Assembly: GCA_038087875.1 (NCBI GenBank)
Contig: JAXLNO010005921.1
Coordinates: 124,001 to 188,000, forward strand
Origin: Malacoraja senta
Lineage: Eukaryota
Reading direction: 5' to 3'
Length of the DNA stretch: 64,000 nt
Under the pieces are notes generated by a model. It was not told the origin of the DNA. It saw only the letters and a program-made list of their open reading frames with translations, and did not search any database. Below are positions 40,845 to 51,604 of the stretch, one piece after another; the stretch's first letter is position 1; the number at the start of each line of letters is the position of its first letter. A program made the position numbers and the translations under genes.

Positions 40845-41029
40845 TGCTACTTCAGACTGATAATGAGGTTGGATGTGGCACCACTATTGGCCTTTTGTGC
40901 AACTAACTACTATCAAAAAAATTAGCTAGATGCCCAAGAAATAAGATAAGAGACCTTGGCCAGGATCAGCCTATCTTGCTTCCTACATTTGGATGTGTGA
41001 GTTAAGGGTGACAAGAATAATTTTTACCA

Positions 41030-41820
41030 TTGGAGCAGAAGTAGGCCTTTCAGTCCATTGAGTCTACTCCACCATTCAGTCATGGCAGATCTATTTTTAC
41101 CTCTGAATCCCATTCTCCAGCCTTCTCCCTGTAACTTTTGGCACTCATACTAATCAAGAACCTATCATTCTCTGCTTTAAAATATGCAATGACTTGACCC
41201 ACACAGCTGTCTGTATCAATGAATTCCACAGATTCACCACCCTGTGACTAAAGAAATTCCTCCTCATCTCCATTTTGAAAGTACGTATTTTATTGTGAGG
41301 CTGTGCTAGACTCTCCCATTACTGAAAACATCCTATCCACATCCACCAACTGGGACTTTCATTAACTGGTAGGTTTCAGAGATTTCCCCCTCATCCTTCT
41401 AAATTCCCATGAGTAGAAGCCCAGAGACTTCAAACATTCCTCATACGTTAAATCAATCATCCCCAGGACATACTTCCTCTGGACCCTCTCCAAAGCCAGC
41501 ACATCCTTTCTAATATGGAGCCCAAAACTGCTCACAATATTCCAAATGTGTCTTCACCAGTGCCCGATAAATCCTCAGCATTATATCATTGTTTTTATAT
41601 TCTAGTCCCCCCGAAATGAATGCTGGCATTGCATTTGCCTTACTTACCACTGACTCAATCTGCAAATGAACTATTTGGGAATCCTGCACTAGTATTCCCA
41701 CTTTGTAGCCCAGATTTCTGAATTCTCTCCCCATTTAGAAAATAGTCTATGTCTTTATTCCGACTGCCAAAATGTAAAACCAGACACTTGCTACACTGTA
41801 TTCCATTTGGCTCTGCTTTG
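41030..41820 (-). mobile_element. CR1 3' fragment in the alpha3-TM intron
   Basis: KANAMPAFISGGLEYK...THLEYCEQFWAPY. Confidence 0.85.
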
Positions 41821-42577
41821 CCCACTCGGTGGAACTGCTGCCTTACAGCGCCAGAGACCCGGTTCAATTCTGACTACGGGTCCCGTCTGTACAGAGTTTT
41901 GTACCTTCTCCCCGGGACTTGCGTGGGTTTTGCCTGGATCTCCGGTTTCCTCCCTCAGTCCAAAGACAGACAGGTTTGTAGGTTAATTGGCTTGGTATAA
42001 TTGTAAATTGTCCCCTAATAAGTAAGATAATGTAAGTGTGCAGGGATCGCTGGTTGACGCAGACTCGGTGGGCTGAAGGGCTGGTTTCTGGGCTGTATCT
42101 CTTAAACTAAAACCACATTCCATTGACTATCAATAATTCTGGGCAATTAGATAACCACAAATTAATAATGGGTGGCACAGTGGCGTAGCAGTAGAGCTGC
42201 TTCCTTACTGCACCAGAGACCTGGGTTCGATCCTGACTACAGGTGCTGTCTGCAAGGACATTGTATGTTCTCCCTGTGACTGCGTGGGTTTTCTCCGGGT
42301 GCTCCGGTTCCCTCCCACACTCCAAAGAAATATGGGCTTGAAGGTTACTTGGCTTAGGTAAAATTGTAATTTGTCCCCAGTGTGTTGGTTAGTGTAAATG
42401 TACGGGATGATCACTGTTCAGCGAGGACTCAGTGAGCTGAGGGGTCTGTATCTGCACCATATCTCTAAAGTTTAAAGTCTAAATGCACAGCTTAGTTAAG
42501 AGTGTGAGTTGAGGCTGTTATCTCAGTCCAGGAGGTTTATTGTCTCAAGTGATCAGCCGCATTGACTTGCCACTTAC

Positions 42578-42853
42578 CCTGTGGAACATTGACTCCCTGC
42601 AGCAGAGTTGCATGTTCGATGTAACAGGAGAATTTTGCCACATCTTCTCTACTCAGTTGAATTGTATTCTTCAGCTGGTAAGTCCCATCCCAATTGGGCA
42701 ACAGATCATCACTGGATTCAGACTTGTGGACCCCCTCACCATCTCTCAGCCACGTTACATCGATGGCCCGTGGCTAGAAGCCTGTGACAAGGCAGGAGAG
42801 TCTCAGTGATTGCGACCCATCACTTTTAATCCCAATAAACACCTCAGAGGTTT
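42578..42853 (-). pseudogene. MHC class I alpha3 (Ig C1) exon with in-frame stop: (E)TSEVFIGIKSDGSQSLRLSCLVTGF*PRAIDVTWLRDGEGVHKSESSDDLLPNWDGTYQLKNTIQLSREDVAKFSCYIEHATLLQGVNVPQ
   Basis: Acceptor ttcttacacttgcag|AA, donor CAGG|gtaagt, 276 bp. Ig C1 motifs LSC, GF(Y)P, VTW, LLPNxDGTYQ and SCxxxH present. Absent from the ORF track because of the TAG. Confidence 0.92.
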
Positions 42854-44059
42854 CTGCAAGTGTAAGAAGCGTCAGAATCAGTGAAGACATGAACAAAAGC
42901 CTTCAATTGTAAGATCACTGCAACTCACCACTTTCCCAATCAGAGTTTTTTCTCTGGCTGAACTAAGTTTCCAGCCTAGACCCAAAATGCTGGAATAACT
43001 CAGCAGGTCAGGCAGCATCTCTGGAGAGAAGGAATGCCCAGAGATGCTTCTGACCCACTGAGTTACGCCAACATCTTCTATCTTCAGTGTAAACCAGCAT
43101 CTGCAGTTCTATCTTGCACAAGGTTTACAGCCTTTTCTCTTTTCATTTTGCATTTCTGACAAAACAACAAAACATTTAGTTTTAATACAACTGACATGCT
43201 CCTTATCTTAGCTCCAGACTTGAACTGACAGCACAGATGAAAGGGGAATGCAGGGCCCAATGGAGGAGTATAACTCACCATTGGGATTGATACTGTAGAC
43301 ATGATTGCTTCTATTTGTTCATGAATCTCAGCTGAATAATAACACTAAATATTCCAAGAGGGAATGGGAGGAAGAAGTTCTTCAACCAGAGAACTGTTGG
43401 AAATTGAATGTCACCATCCCAAGGAGTAATAGAGGCAAATAGAGAATCTGATTGGGTTTTTGATCAGCACAGCAACAGACCCTTCAGGCCACAAGGTCGG
43501 TGCTAAACATAAGACCAAGATACATATTCCTCCATTTCCTGAATATCTATATGACTGTGGATAAAGGACACTGGTACAATATTTATCTTTCACTTGCACT
43601 TCCTACCCACTGGCTCCATCTAAGAGGCATGTTGCCAGACAATTTACTGATACCCTCGCCCAAGAACAGGGTGGCGAAGCGATCGAGCTACTGCCTTACA
43701 GCGCCAGAGACCTGGGTTTGTTACTAACTAACGGGTGCTTGTTTTTACACAGTTTGTACGTTCTCCCTGTGACCTGCGTGGGTTTTATCCGAGATCTTCG
43801 GTTTCCCCTCACGCTCGAAAGACGTACAAATTTGTAGGTTAATTGGATTGGTATAAATGCAAATTGTCCCTAGTGTGTGTAGGATAGTGTTAGTGTGCGG
43901 GCATGGCTGCTCGGTGCGGTGTCGGTGGGCTTCCGAGCTGTATCTCTAAACTAAACTAAATAATTACTCAAGTGACAGCCTGACGTGCATGATATTTCCC
44001 ACCTGATCTATCCAGAGGATATCCTCTGGCCCATCAGTCAGAGTGCCTACGTCGTGTAC

Positions 44060-44341
44060 CTCTCCTCTGTAGTGCTTCTTGTCCACACTCCAGATATATC
44101 CGCAGCCACTTCACACAGTCCTTCTCCAGGAGATCTTTAAAATACTTGTTCATGAAGGTGTTGACATTCCACCGATCTGCTAGCATCTGGAAATCTGGAC
44201 GTAGTGCAATCCAGAACATTCTGTCCTTGTCAAAAGCACAGGCATCCTCCCCATCATAACCCAGTCTGACAAACCCATCAGTGGAATTGTCACTGTCCAC
44301 TTCACAGCCGCAGAAACCCTGCACAAAGAAAACAGCTTGGG
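44060..44341 (-). CDS. MHC class I alpha2 exon: (T)QAVFFVQGFCGCEVDSDNSTDGFVRLGYDGEDACAFDKDRMFWIALRPDFQMLADRWNVNTFMNKYFKDLLEKDCVKWLRIYLECGQEALQRR
   Basis: Acceptor cccctacctcag|CC, donor AGAG|gtacac, 282 bp open. Q..GCE, GYDGED, W133, RW147 and C164VxWLxxYL motifs present. Confidence 0.95.
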
Positions 44342-45407
44342 CTGAGGTAGGGGTGGAGGATTTGGGTTGGGGTGAGTGGATGGAAGGGAGAGGCAATTTA
44401 CAAATCAGTTCTCAGCATGGTACAAACAGGCATAACAGAACACAACATAGAGCTGTACAGCACAGGAGCAGGTTTAGTTCAGAGATACAGCGCCGAAACA
44501 GGTCCTTCGGCCCACCGAGTCCGCACTGACCAGTGGTCCCCGCATATTAACACTATCCTACACAGACTACTTTTCTTTCCAGCTTTCTCCACCCTACTCC
44601 ATTACTCTAAATGGTCCTGGTCTCATATGTTTTCTGTCCATTTGTCCACAGCATGCTGCCTGACTCGTTGAGTTCCTCCTGTTTGTTTTTAATTCAGATT
44701 GGCAGCATCTGCAGTTTGCTGTGACTCCATCTTAGCACAATGGATGATCAGTGTGGATTCAGTGAGCAGAAGGGCCGGTTTCCATGATGTGTGACTCAAT
44801 GACCCATGGTCTATATACTGAGGGCATGGACTAACCTCAAGTGTTGAGGGGGGAAGCTTTACTGTTGTGGATGTAACACTAAAGGAGTTTTGCTGTGTCA
44901 GAAGGGTAGAACTCAGATTCTGCACTTTCGTACATAAAGAACAGAGGAAGGAGTGCATTGTCAGATGGGCAATGTTATACAGTGAACAGGTCAGTCTCAA
45001 GGTTAAGGCAATGCAGATGGGTAGTACATCAACGCTGTTGCACAGTGTGGGATTGCTACACTCTCTGTGGATTGCTGCCAATATTGAGGGAATGCTGGAT
45101 TAACAGAATATTATTGTTGAGGGAATACATCATAGTCACCATCAACCAGCTTAAATCAAGGTCCCATCTCTAGGTGATCAGGCTATAAATAAACTAATGG
45201 TTTCTCCCTCATTCCAGCCCAATAAAACAGATGATCCAATCCATCCACTTTTTACTGGTGTTAAATATCAAATGCTTAACCCATAAAGAGACTATCACCA
45301 GCCAACTGTTATCAATGGGTGTTCAGCAGTTAGGACACATTAAATATAGGCGATGGGCCGTGTCTCTATCAAAATGTGATGGAGTAAATGTCTGAAACAG
45401 CATCAAT

Positions 45408-46443
45408 TAGGTATGTTACAAAACCTACCTTCAGTCGCGCTGTAATTCTGCCACTGGCCATATGCGCGATTTTGGCGCCTTTAAGGGGGGGCGGGGTTAA
45501 AACGCGGGTTTCTCCTTCCTTGTCCTAGTTAATATTTTGTTGGAGTACAAGCGCTGGCTGATGAATCGTTCCTACCGGCGTTTTGTGAATTTTTTATTTT
45601 TATTAAATCGTCAATGTCAGCGCTAGAGTAATTTTAAAAGCAGCTCCTGAAGCGTCAACGCCGATAACGGGGACGGATTTCACACACGGGACAGGTAAAC
45701 GAAAGTGGTTTCTTTAAATGTATAAAAGTGCTTCTTAAGAAGCCTTTAATTCACATTTTTTCATGCGACACGGTGATTTTATTCCCCGAACTAACGGCAG
45801 TATTTTTCATGCCAATACGGGGTTAAATTCACCGCAAATGAACGTTCCAAATGATCGCGTTCCAGAAATCCTCACTCGCAAAATGAATTAAATGCCCATT
45901 AATTTACAGGTATTAAACATTCAATTCCTTCCATTTGGCCTGTAAATTCATGAAAATGAGATTTAAAAGTTATGTTATATTGTGAATTATTGTGTGAATG
46001 TTATTTGGACACTTAGGCTATTTAAAAATGTTAATCTATTCTTAAGAAATTGATAGATGTTTAGATCTAGTAATTGAATTTTGTAATTAGCTACAATTAG
46101 GTAACTAACTAATTATATGCTTTAATTTCAAGTCATCCATACTTTCATGTCTTCTAAGTAAGATTGTTTCATATTTGTTTCAGAATGCTTCAATCTATAA
46201 TAACTGAAAATGTCTTTCAGTTATCTTAATTTTTAAGAAAGTTATGGGCTTTTGACTGTCCTCGATCACAGCTTTTGTGTTAAGTCAATGGAAAAGCAAT
46301 AGGGAACAAGATGGCCATAACTTCTTTAATACTGAAGATATGAAAGTGAATTAGGTGTCAAATTAAACTTCTTTTTATGCTTTATCTGATGGGATAAATT
46401 GCAGACTTTATTTTTAAAATCTCAAAATTTTGTAACATTGCTA
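45408..46443. mobile_element. Same non-autonomous repeat, copy B (inverted), inside the alpha1-alpha2 intron
   Basis: High reverse-complement similarity to copy A and the same terminus. Confidence 0.65.
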
Positions 46444-47126
46444 CATCAATGGTGCTGAAGTGAAAAAGGTTGAGAGTTTCTGGTTCCCCTACTGCCTCAG
46501 GAGACTAAGGAAATGCGGCATCTCCAATGACTCTTACAAATGTCTACAAATGTGCCATAGAAAGCATACTGACAGGTTGTATCACAACTTAGTTTGGAAA
46601 GAGTTCTGCCCAAGACCGCTGGAAATTGCAGGGAGGTGGAGATGTAGCACAGTCGATCACACAAACATGATTCCCCACCAGTGAATCCACCTGTATTTCA
46701 ACTGGTTCAGGAAAGCAGACAACATAATCAAAGATTCATCCCGCTCTGGTCATTCCTTCTTCTTCCTGCAGAAGGTACGTAAGCATTAAAGCGTGCACCA
46801 CCAGACTCAGTAACTGTTTCCTCCCCTATGTTGTCTGGTTTATGAACAGTCCTCCCTTATGCTAGGGTTCACCTCAACCCCATTGTAGACACTGGACTTT
46901 GTCTCTGGCACTGGTGCCTTACAATGCTGAGAACTACATTCTGCACTCTTTGCTCTACCTATTGTACGAGTTTGGTTTGATTGTATTTATGAATAGTTTT
47001 CTTTGATGTGATTGACTAACATGCAAAAAAAGTGTATCAGAGAATCATGTGACAGCAACAAAACTAAAACAAAATCCATTTGTTCCATCACTGGGTGTCT
47101 ACCCCAGGTCCGGTCATGACACTTAC

Positions 47127-47387
47127 TCGAGATACCATGTTGCTGTTGGTAGACTATCTCAGCATTTCCTCTGACAATCCCATGAAAACCTGCAACTGTG
47201 ATGGCCATTGAATCCCATTGATCCTGCGGGAAAGACTGGGCCATCCATCGCTGTCTGGGAATAGCCAGCTCTAGTGTGCTTTCAAAATATGCTATCTGGA
47301 GGTCATCCAGCATTGCTACCATACTGTACTCAGGCAGCTCACTCAATCCATGGTTCAACAGGTAGTAAGATGCAAGATGGTGTAAAT
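47127..47387 (-). CDS. MHC class I alpha1 exon: (D)LHHLASYYLLNHGLSELPEYSMVAMLDDLQIAYFESTLELAIPRQRWMAQSFPQDQWDSMAITVAGFHGIVRGNAEIVYQQQHGIS
   Basis: Acceptor ttgtttatgcattgcag|AT, donor TCGA|gtaagt, 261 bp open. H3, L5, LPE, DD and IPRQxWM...W match non-mammalian class I alpha1. Confidence 0.93.
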
Positions 47388-48482
47388 CTGCAATGCATAA
47401 ACAATAATAAATATGATTGTATCATTCACTGAAAATAACTAAGAGTTATTAAACTGATAACAATACAATAACTTTGAATAAGGGAGTCACAAGGACCTGC
47501 AGATGCAAGTGCTGGATGAACTCAGTGGGGCAGGCAGCATCAATGATCAGGTGACAATTTGTGTCAGGAGCCTTTAGTTTAGTTTTTAGCTTAGAGATAC
47601 AGCATGGAAACAGGCCCTTCGGGCCACTGAGTCCACACTGACCAGCAACCCCCACACGCTAACACTATCCTACACACACAAGGGACAATTTACATTCTAC
47701 ACCAAGCCAATTAAACTACAAACCTGTACGTCATGGAATGTGGGAAGAATCTGAAGATCTCAGGAAAAACCCACCCGGTCAGGTGGAGAATGTACAAACT
47801 CCATACAGACAGGACCCGTAGTCAGGATCCAACCTGGGCATTGGTGCTGTAAGGGCGATAAGGCAGCATCTCTAATGCTGCACCACTGAGCCTTCTACAA
47901 GAGTTGGCTAGATGGGCTCTGATACCTATTCCACCAATTGTGGTCGAGGTATTGAATGATCCTATTGGATTGCTTCCCATCTTCAAAGATCTATTATTAT
48001 CTATCATGTCGATACAGCCTACTAGTTACAATATTCCAAAATTCAAAGAATATTTTATTATATTAAGAAAATGGACAACGTCAAGGAGATTTTATAAAAT
48101 CATAGAGAGGTAAAGTCAAAGAGTCATACAGCAGGGAATCAGGGCCTACGGCTGAATGGCCTAATTCAATCATGGCTGCTCTATCTCGCCCTCTCAACCA
48201 CATTCCCTGCTTTCGCCCCATAACCCTTGACACCCATACTGATCAAGAATCTGTCAATATCCACCTGAGAAATATCCATTGACGTGGGCTCCACGGCTGT
48301 CTGAGGAGGCCCATATCCTTCTAAACCTATCTATCCATGTACCAGATTAAATGTTTCTTAAATGTTGCGATAGTACCTGCCTGAACTCCCTTCTCCGGCA
48401 GTTCATTCAGTACTCCCACCAAAGCTATGCCTCTGGTTCTTATTAAATCTTTCCCCCCTCATTTTAAACTTATGTATTCATT

Positions 48483-50008
48483 TTTTGCCCATTTTGGTTT
48501 CACCATGTAGAAATTACACCTGTGTTTATACATAGTCCCCCCATTTCAGGGCACCATAATGTTTGGGACATGGCTTCGCAGATGTATGTAATTGCTCAGG
48601 GGTATTTAAATGCCTCCTTAATGCAGGTATAAGAGAACTCAGCATCTAGTCTTTCCTCCAGTCTTTCCATCACCTTTGGAAACTTTTATTGCTGTTCATC
48701 AACAGGAGGACCAGAGTTGTGCCAATGAAAGTAAAAGAGACCATTATGAGACTGAGAAACAAGAATAAAACTGTTCGAGACATCAGCCAAACCTTAGGCT
48801 TACCAAAATCAAACTGTTTGGAACATCATTAAGAAGAAAGAGAGCACTGTGAGCTTACTAATCGCAAAGGGACTGGCTGGCCAAGGAACACCTCCACAGC
48901 TGATGACAGAAGACTTCTCTCTATAATAAAGACAAAACCCCAATCCTTTACTAATCGCAAAGGGACTGACAGGTCAGAAACACTCATCAGGAGTCAGGTG
49001 TGGATTTGCCAATGACCACTGTCCGCAGAAGACTTCATGAACAGAAATACAGAGACTGCACTGCAAGATGCAAACCACTGTTTAGCCGCAAAAACAGGAT
49101 GGCCGGGTTACAGTTTGCCAAGAAGTACTTAAAAGAGCAACCACAGTTCTGGAAAAAGGTCTTCTGGACAGATGATACAAAGATTAACTTATATCGGAGT
49201 GATGCCAAGAGCAAAGTATGGAGGAGAGAAGGAACTGCCCTAGATCCAAAGCATACCACCTCATCTGTGAAACACGGTGGTGGGGGTGTTGTGGGCTGGG
49301 CATGTATGGCTGCTGAAGGTACTGGCTAACTTAGCTTTGTTGACCATTCAGCTACTGATGGTAGCAGCATAATGAATTCTGAAGTGTATAGACACATCCT
49401 ATATGCTCAAGTTCAAACACATTGGCCTCAAAACACATTGCCCAGCGGTTCATACTACAGCAAGACAATGATCCTAAAGCAACAAAGGAGTTTTTCAAAG
49501 CTAAAAAATTGTTAATTCTTGAGTGGCCAAGACAATCACCCGATCTGAACGCAACTGAGCATGCCTTTGATATGCCAAAGAGAAAACTGAATGGGGACTA
49601 GCCCCCAAAACAAGCACAGGCTGCAATACAGGCCTGGCAGAGCATCGCCAGAGAAGTCACCCAGCAACTGGCGATGTCCATGAATCACAGACTTCAAGCA
49701 GTCATTGCATGCATAGGATATGCAACAAAATACTAAACATGGCTACTTTCATTTACATGACATTGCTGTGTCCCAAACATTATGGTGCCCTAAAATGGGG
49801 CAGACTATGTATTTTGTGACTATGTAAATTGACTGCTGTAATTTCTACATGGTGAAACCAAAATGTTTAAAAAATTGCCTTTTTTTTAATCTGACAATGT
49901 GCACTTTAACCACATGTGATTTTTTTCTATTACAAATCTCAAATTATGGAGTACAGAGGCAAATAAATATATGATGGGTCTTTGTCCGAAACATTATGGA
50001 GGTCACAG
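48483..50008 (+). mobile_element. Tc1-like DNA transposon (IR/DR-type ends), degenerate DD34E transposase
   Basis: CKPLFSRKNR..LQFAKKY...WKKVFWTDDTKINL...KHGGGGVVGWACM, QQDNDPK and WPRQSPDLNATEH. Right end ...ggtcacag|ta at 50008; inverted internal repeats at 48483-48570 and 49769-49865; left end truncated. Confidence 0.9.
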
Positions 50009-51604
50009 TATGTACGATCAATTCACACTGGCCAATTTACCTCTCAGCCTCTCATCTTTGGAATATTGGGAGAAACTGGAATAACCAGAGGAAGCACACA
50101 TGGTTTCAGGGAAAGAATAAAAGTGCCACACAGGTTGTAGTAGAGATCGGGATTGAGTCCAGGTCCTCATAGGCACCATCTCTATGAGCTGCAACCCTGA
50201 AATGCCCATCTGGTGGGAAATCTCTGCATGGAATGGGGCACTTCTGACTTATGAGGACATTGGGATTCTGTAACAGTAAGTGTAAAGAAGACCTTACTGA
50301 TGAGTCCCGACTATCAAGGCTTGGGTGGGGTGGGAGGTGGGGGTGGGGTCGGAGCAGACTATAATAAACAGGGTCTAAACTGAAACTCGACACATACTGG
50401 AGTAACTTAGTGGGTCAGGCAGCATCTCCGGAGAAAAGGAAAAGGTGACGTTTCGGGTCGAGACCCTTCTTCAGACTGAGAATCAGGAGACAGGGAACCA
50501 AGCGATATGAAAAGGTACATAGAACAAATTAATAAAAGATATACCCCCGACTCTGTCTGAAGAAGTGCCTTGACCTGAAACGCCATCTATTCCTTTTCTC
50601 CAGCGATGCTGCCTGACTTCCTGATTTACTCCAGCTTTTTGTGTCTATCTTCGGTGTAAACCAGCATCTGCATCACCAGTCTGAAGAAGGGTCTAGACGC
50701 GAAACATCACCCATTTCGTCTCTCCAGAGATGCTGCATGTCCCGCTGAGTTACTCCAGCTTTTTGTGTCTATCTTCGGTTTAAATCAGCATCTGCAGTTC
50801 CTTCTTACACATCTAAACTGATGTCTAAACTGAAACATCACCTATCCATGTTCTCCAGACATACTGCCTGACCTGCTGAATTACTCCAGCATTTTATGTG
50901 TATTAACCAGCATCTGCATTTTCTTGTTTCTACATGAATAAGCAGTATTTGTTCTGTGATAAAGTTTCCATGCAGCACACCAGACAGTGTCAAAGTTCAG
51001 TGTCAAAGTGAGGTGAGAAGGGGCCCCAAAGGGAGAGTTAGAAGTGTCTGTTTCAGTGTTACCAAGAGAAACATAAGAAGGCTAGTGGAATACAGTAATG
51101 ATAAAATCCACGTGACTTCCCAAAACACTCCACAACCAAGGATTTTTGTTTTATATGTTATTATTTCAACAGGGGAATCACCATTTTATATTTACTTTCA
51201 TCTGATAACAATGGGATTAAACTTTCAGGATGAGTAGGTTTGTAATCTCCAAGCCTTCACGATTGTCAGAATAGTTAGAAAGGAAGCATTGTGTGGGAAG
51301 AAATTGCTCATCAGATTCCCATTAAATCTTCCCCCCCCCCCCCTCAATTTAAACCTATGTCTTCTGGTTCTCGATTCTGTAATCTGTTGAATATGTTGCC
51401 CACTTGAAAATTTCCAGATTTAGATTGATATATTTTTGTTCATTAAGGGTGTAATGGGTTAGAGCTCAGCCACAATGTCTGTGCCGAACATGATGTCAAG
51501 TTAAACTAAACTGCTTGTACATGATTCATATCCCTCAAGTCCCTACATATCCACGTGCCTATCCTCAAGCTTCTTAAATCTCATTATCGTCTTCTGGGGA
51601 AGTC

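Larger units (their letters stand above)
39356..47387 (-). pseudogene. Non-classical MHC class I heavy-chain gene (CD1-like features) with premature stop in alpha3; leader exon not found
   Basis: Four collinear minus-strand exons in the order alpha1, alpha2, alpha3, TM/cyt. Sizes 261, 282 and 276 bp match class I domain exons; introns are phase 1 with GT-AG ends. TAG at 42774-42776 replaces the Tyr of GFYP. Confidence 0.9.

Noticed and set aside
44323-44340. Stronger-looking acceptor ttttctttgtgcag inside the alpha2 exon
   Set aside because: Phase 0, so out of frame with the phase-1 alpha1 donor, and it would delete the first beta strand.
47915-47975. ATG...G|gtatc phase-1 segment (MGSNPIGSFNTSTTIGGI) as leader
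   Set aside because: Not hydrophobic, and lies in repeat-like sequence.
51055-51140. Hydrophobic minus-strand stretch (WILSLLYSTSLLMFLL|gtaaca) as class I leader exon
   Set aside because: No upstream in-frame ATG, and the donor is phase 0 whereas alpha1 needs phase 1 (that frame has a stop).
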